26,835 nucleotides of DNA, from the NCBI RefSeq assembly GCF_006345805.1, contig NW_021833334.1, positions 1 to 26,835 of the forward strand, in the 5' to 3' direction. Position numbers and translations under genes: made by a program. Shown here one piece after another: positions 23,714-26,835 of this stretch (its first letter is position 1; each line of letters opens with the position of its first letter). The notes under the pieces are model-generated. The model made no database searches. It had not been told where the DNA came from and saw only the letters and a program-made list of their open reading frames with translations. Origin of the DNA: Octopus sinensis. Lineage: Eukaryota.

Positions 23714-23805
23714 GATCTGGTAGAATGGTAAGCGCATTGGCTAGGATCAAATGCCTAACGGCAGCAGAGTCTGCTTTATTCTCCCTGGGTTCGAATCCCA
23801 TCTCA
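23714..23805 (+). mobile_element. Old tRNA-like SINE head, related to family B
   Basis: A-box-like CTGGTAGAATGGTAAG and B-box GGGTTCGAATCC. It aligns loosely with the family B head CTGGCAGAAACGTTAGC...AAATGC...GTCTG. Confidence 0.55.
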
Positions 23806-24195
23806 ATCACCTGCCGTTGTTACTGTATGGAAGTCACTTCTAAATATTACATGTATGTATGTGTTTGTATTGTATGTATGTGAGTATGTATGTATGTATG
23901 TATGTATGTATGTATCTATGTATGTATGTATGTATGTATGTATGTATGTATGTATGTAGAATTATGCATCTTCAAAAATCATTTATTACAGTTTTATTCA
24001 GATGAAATTGGTAAGAAGCTTGCTTACCGACCGCATGGTTCCCGGTTCAAACCCATTGCATATCACCTTGGTCGAGTTTCTTCAACTATAGTCTTGGGCC
24101 AACCAAGGCCCTTCGAATGGACTTAGTGCACGGAAACTGAAAGAGTCCGCCATATATATATAATATATATATATATATTTATGACCGTCGTATAT

Positions 24196-24370
24196 TTTTT
24201 TCCTCTGTGTTCCCTTCTCTGGATCTCTCCTTCTCTATGTTGGCTGATGAGACTCCGCTCGAAACGTTAAACCCTCTTCTTCCTTCTTTCCTGAGCGTCC
24301 AATAATACTATATTTGTTCCACGTCCTCGCGTTGTTGTGTTTTTTTTGTACTTTCTTGTTTGGATTAACT
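24196..24370 (+). mobile_element. Short pyrimidine-rich element carrying a hammerhead core; probable Penelope-like pLTR remnant in (TA)n
   Basis: About 175 bp of non-repetitive sequence bounded by TA-rich runs, containing CTGATGA-GACTCCGCTC-GAAACGTT. Confidence 0.6.
24238..24272 (+). ncRNA. Minimal type I hammerhead ribozyme-like motif
   Basis: CUGAUGA (24244-24250), a 2-bp stem II GA/UC, GAAA (24261-24264), a palindromic stem III ACGU, a GUU triplet, then AAAC. Stem I pairing with the upstream GUUGG is imperfect. Confidence 0.55.
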
Positions 24371-24393
24371 ATAAATATATATATATATATTAT

Positions 24394-24426
<33 letters not shown>

Positions 24427-24427
24427 G

Positions 24428-24567
24428 TTATCTGTAATATATTATGTGATAAGTATTCGGTTGCCATAATAGAACCGATAATTGTCACATGATATATTAC
24501 AGATAAATTCCTCTATTTACATAATATCGAGGTCTCAGTCATTCTTTTCTTGTCTTACCATTACAAT
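24428..24567. mobile_element. TA-flanked element with a roughly 34-bp hairpin (arms 24428-24462 and 24473-24506)
   Basis: TTATCTGTAATATATTATGTGATAAGTATTCGGTT pairs with AACCGATAATTGTCACATGATATATTACAGATAA (3 substitutions plus 1 indel, 10-nt loop). About 60 bp of unique tail follows. Confidence 0.65.
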
Positions 24568-24618
24568 TAATACATACACACACATATATATGTATTTATG
24601 TATGTATGTATATATATA

Positions 24619-24829
24619 CAGGGTGGTCCAAATGTAGGTTTACAGTTAATCAACTCTCTCTTTCGCATTCGTATATCAATGGTTTAGATCTTAATTATAA
24701 AAAAAATGAAACCATTATTCTATGCTAATTTGGTTAATTGTAAGATAGAAATTTTTATGTAATAAAATGTTTTAAAAGAAATATGAAGTGCATCCGTGAT
24801 AACTGTAAACCTGCATCTGGGTCACCCTG
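24619..24829. mobile_element. MITE, Tc1/mariner type, 211 bp
   Basis: 29-bp imperfect TIRs CAGGGTGGTCCAAATGTAGGTTTACAGTT / AACTGTAAACCTGCATCTGGGTCACCCTG, with TA on both sides. Confidence 0.9.
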
Positions 24830-25240
24830 TATACCCCCCCACACAGACACATATATGTATATATATGTACATACACACACACAGATATATATATATATAT
24901 GTGTGTGTGTAATATGTGTATGTATGTGGGCGTATGTGTGTCTTTGTGTCAGTGTTTATTCCTCACTACATCGTTTGAGAACCGGTGTTGGTGTGTTTAC
25001 GTCCTCGTTACTTAGCTGTTCAGCGAAAGAAACTAATAGAATAAGTACCAGGCTTTAAGACCAATGTGCTGCGGTTGATCCGTTCGACTAAAAACAATTG
25101 AAGGTGGTGCCCCAGTATGGCCGCGGTATAATTATTGAAACAAGCAAAAAATAAAAAACAAAAAGACCCTCAAAAAGGTTTCAATAAATGGACGTTGACG
25201 CTTTTGATTTCTGCGTTCTTCTAGAATGCTGGGATTATAT

Positions 25241-25837
25241 ATTTCTTTACTACCCACAAGGGGCTAAACATAGAGGGGACAAACAACGACAACCAAATAG
25301 ATTAAGTCGATTATATCGACCCCAGTGCGAAACTGGTACTTTATTTTTCGACCCCGAAAGGATGAAAGGCAAAGTCGACCTCGACGGAATTTGAACTCAG
25401 AACGTAACGACAGACGAAATACCGATTTCTTTACTACCCACAAGGGGCTAAACATAGAGGGACAAACAACGACAGACAAACGGATTAAGTCGATTATATC
25501 GAGCCCAGTGCGAAACTGGTACTTTATTTATCGACCCCGAAAGGATGAAAGGCAAAGTCGATCTCAACGGAATTTGAACTCAGAACGTAACGGTAGACGA
25601 AATACCGATTTCTTTACTACCCACAAGGGGCTAAACACAGAGAGGACAAACAACGACAGACAAACAGATTAAGTCGATTATATCGACCCCAGTGCGTAAC
25701 TGGTACTTAATTTATCGACCCCGAAAGGATGAATGGCAAAGTCGACCTCAGCGGAATTGGAACTCAGAACGTAACGACAGAAGAAATACGGCTAAGCATT
25801 TCGCCCGGCGTGCTAACGTTTCTGCCAGCTCGCCGCC
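25241..25837 (-). mobile_element. SINE family B: one head followed by three tandem bodies of 183-184 bp
   Basis: Units are 25241-25424, 25425-25607 and 25608-25791. The single head is 25792-25837. Confidence 0.95.
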
Positions 25838-26095
25838 TTCGAATGCTGGGTTTATAGACTGGGAGTGGCGTGTGTAATCGTGTGCAGAGGCTCCAGGCAT
25901 CAGGATTTAGCCATCGAGTGAAGTAACGTGTAATGGAATATGTTAAACAATCGTGTCTGCTCCCTGTCGTTCGATACGGTTAGCGAGATCTGGATTGTAT
26001 CACAGTGCTATTAATGTACACGATCGGATTCCGAATCCCTAATTCTTTACGTTATCTATCTATCTGTCTGTCTGTCTGTCTCTTTCTATATATAT

Positions 26096-26497
26096 CAGGA
26101 GTGGTTGTGTGGTAAGTAGCTTGTATACCAACCACATGGTTCCAGGTTCAGTCCCACTGCGTGGCACCTTGGGCAAGTATCTTCTACTATAGCCTCGGGC
26201 CGACCAAAGCCGTGTGAGTGGATTTAGTAGACGGAAACTGAAAGAAGCCCGTCATATATATGTATATATATATGTGTACGTGTATGTTTGTGTGTCTGTG
26301 TTTGTCCCCCTAGCATTGCTTGACAACCGATGCTAGTGTATTCATGTTCCCGTCACTTAGCGGTTCGGCAAAAGAGTCCGATAGAATAAGTACTAGGCTT
26401 ACAAAGAATAAGTGCCGGGGTCGAGTTGCTCGACTAAAGGCGGTGCTCCAGCATGGCCACAGTCAAATGACTGAAACAAGTAAAAGAGTAAAAGAGT
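26096..26497 (+). mobile_element. SINE family A, full length
   Basis: CAGGAGTGGTTGTGTGGTAAG head, a short internal (TA)/(TG), and a tail ending TAAAAGAGTAAAAGAG. Confidence 0.93.
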
Positions 26498-26508
26498 ATA
26501 TATATGCG

Positions 26509-26599
<91 letters not shown>

Positions 26600-26630
26600 G
26601 TCTGTCTGTCTGTGTGTCTGTGTGTCTGTG

Positions 26631-26689
<59 letters not shown>

Positions 26690-26835
26690 ATTATTATTAT
26701 TGAGTGAGAGATAATTATGACCGTGTGGAAGTTAGTGACAGTGGTGGTGATATAATGATGAAGGTGATTATGATAACTGGGATGACGACGACGACGACGA
26801 CGACGATGACGTTGATGCTGCTACTGCTGCTGATG
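26497..26835. repeat. (CTAT)n/(CTGT)n followed by degenerate (GAT)/(GAC) repeats
   Basis: Directly visible. Confidence 0.9.

Larger units (their letters stand above)
24009..25158 (+). mobile_element. Old SINE family A copy split by nested insertions (head 24009-24151, tail about 24935-25158)
   Basis: A diverged head (GGTAAGAAGCTTGCTTACC...CGGAAACTGAAAGAG) and a diverged tail (GGTGTTGGTGTGTTTACGTCC...GAAACAAGCAAAAAATAAAA) lie in the expected order and strand. Confidence 0.8.

Noticed and set aside
25241-25791. CRISPR-like or retrozyme array
   Set aside because: The units are about 184-bp near-identical SINE bodies with no unique spacers, and no hammerhead core was found in either strand.

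Overview
This is eukaryotic, AT-rich, extremely microsatellite-dense non-coding DNA. The SINE families and repeat style look like an octopus/cephalopod genome; this is an inference from recalled repeat sequences, not a search result. No intact host gene can be supported, and nearly all ORF-track entries are simple-repeat translations. The window holds about 10 copies or fragments of one tRNA-derived SINE with an internal microsatellite (family A) and about 7 copies or fragments of a second SINE (family B), one of them a head-to-tail trimer. It also holds one TSD-bounded third SINE (family C), two 5'-truncated R4/Dong-like retrotransposon ends sitting in (TAA)n, a decayed LINE-like 3' end with three C2H2 fingers, and two TA-flanked Tc1/mariner-type MITEs. 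The most interesting signals are two minimal type I hammerhead-ribozyme-like motifs with palindromic stem III (Penelope-like), three elements nested inside one SINE's internal microsatellite, a perfect 53-bp inverted duplication 1.1 kb apart, and an unidentified decayed coding segment with a 74-codon internal repeat.
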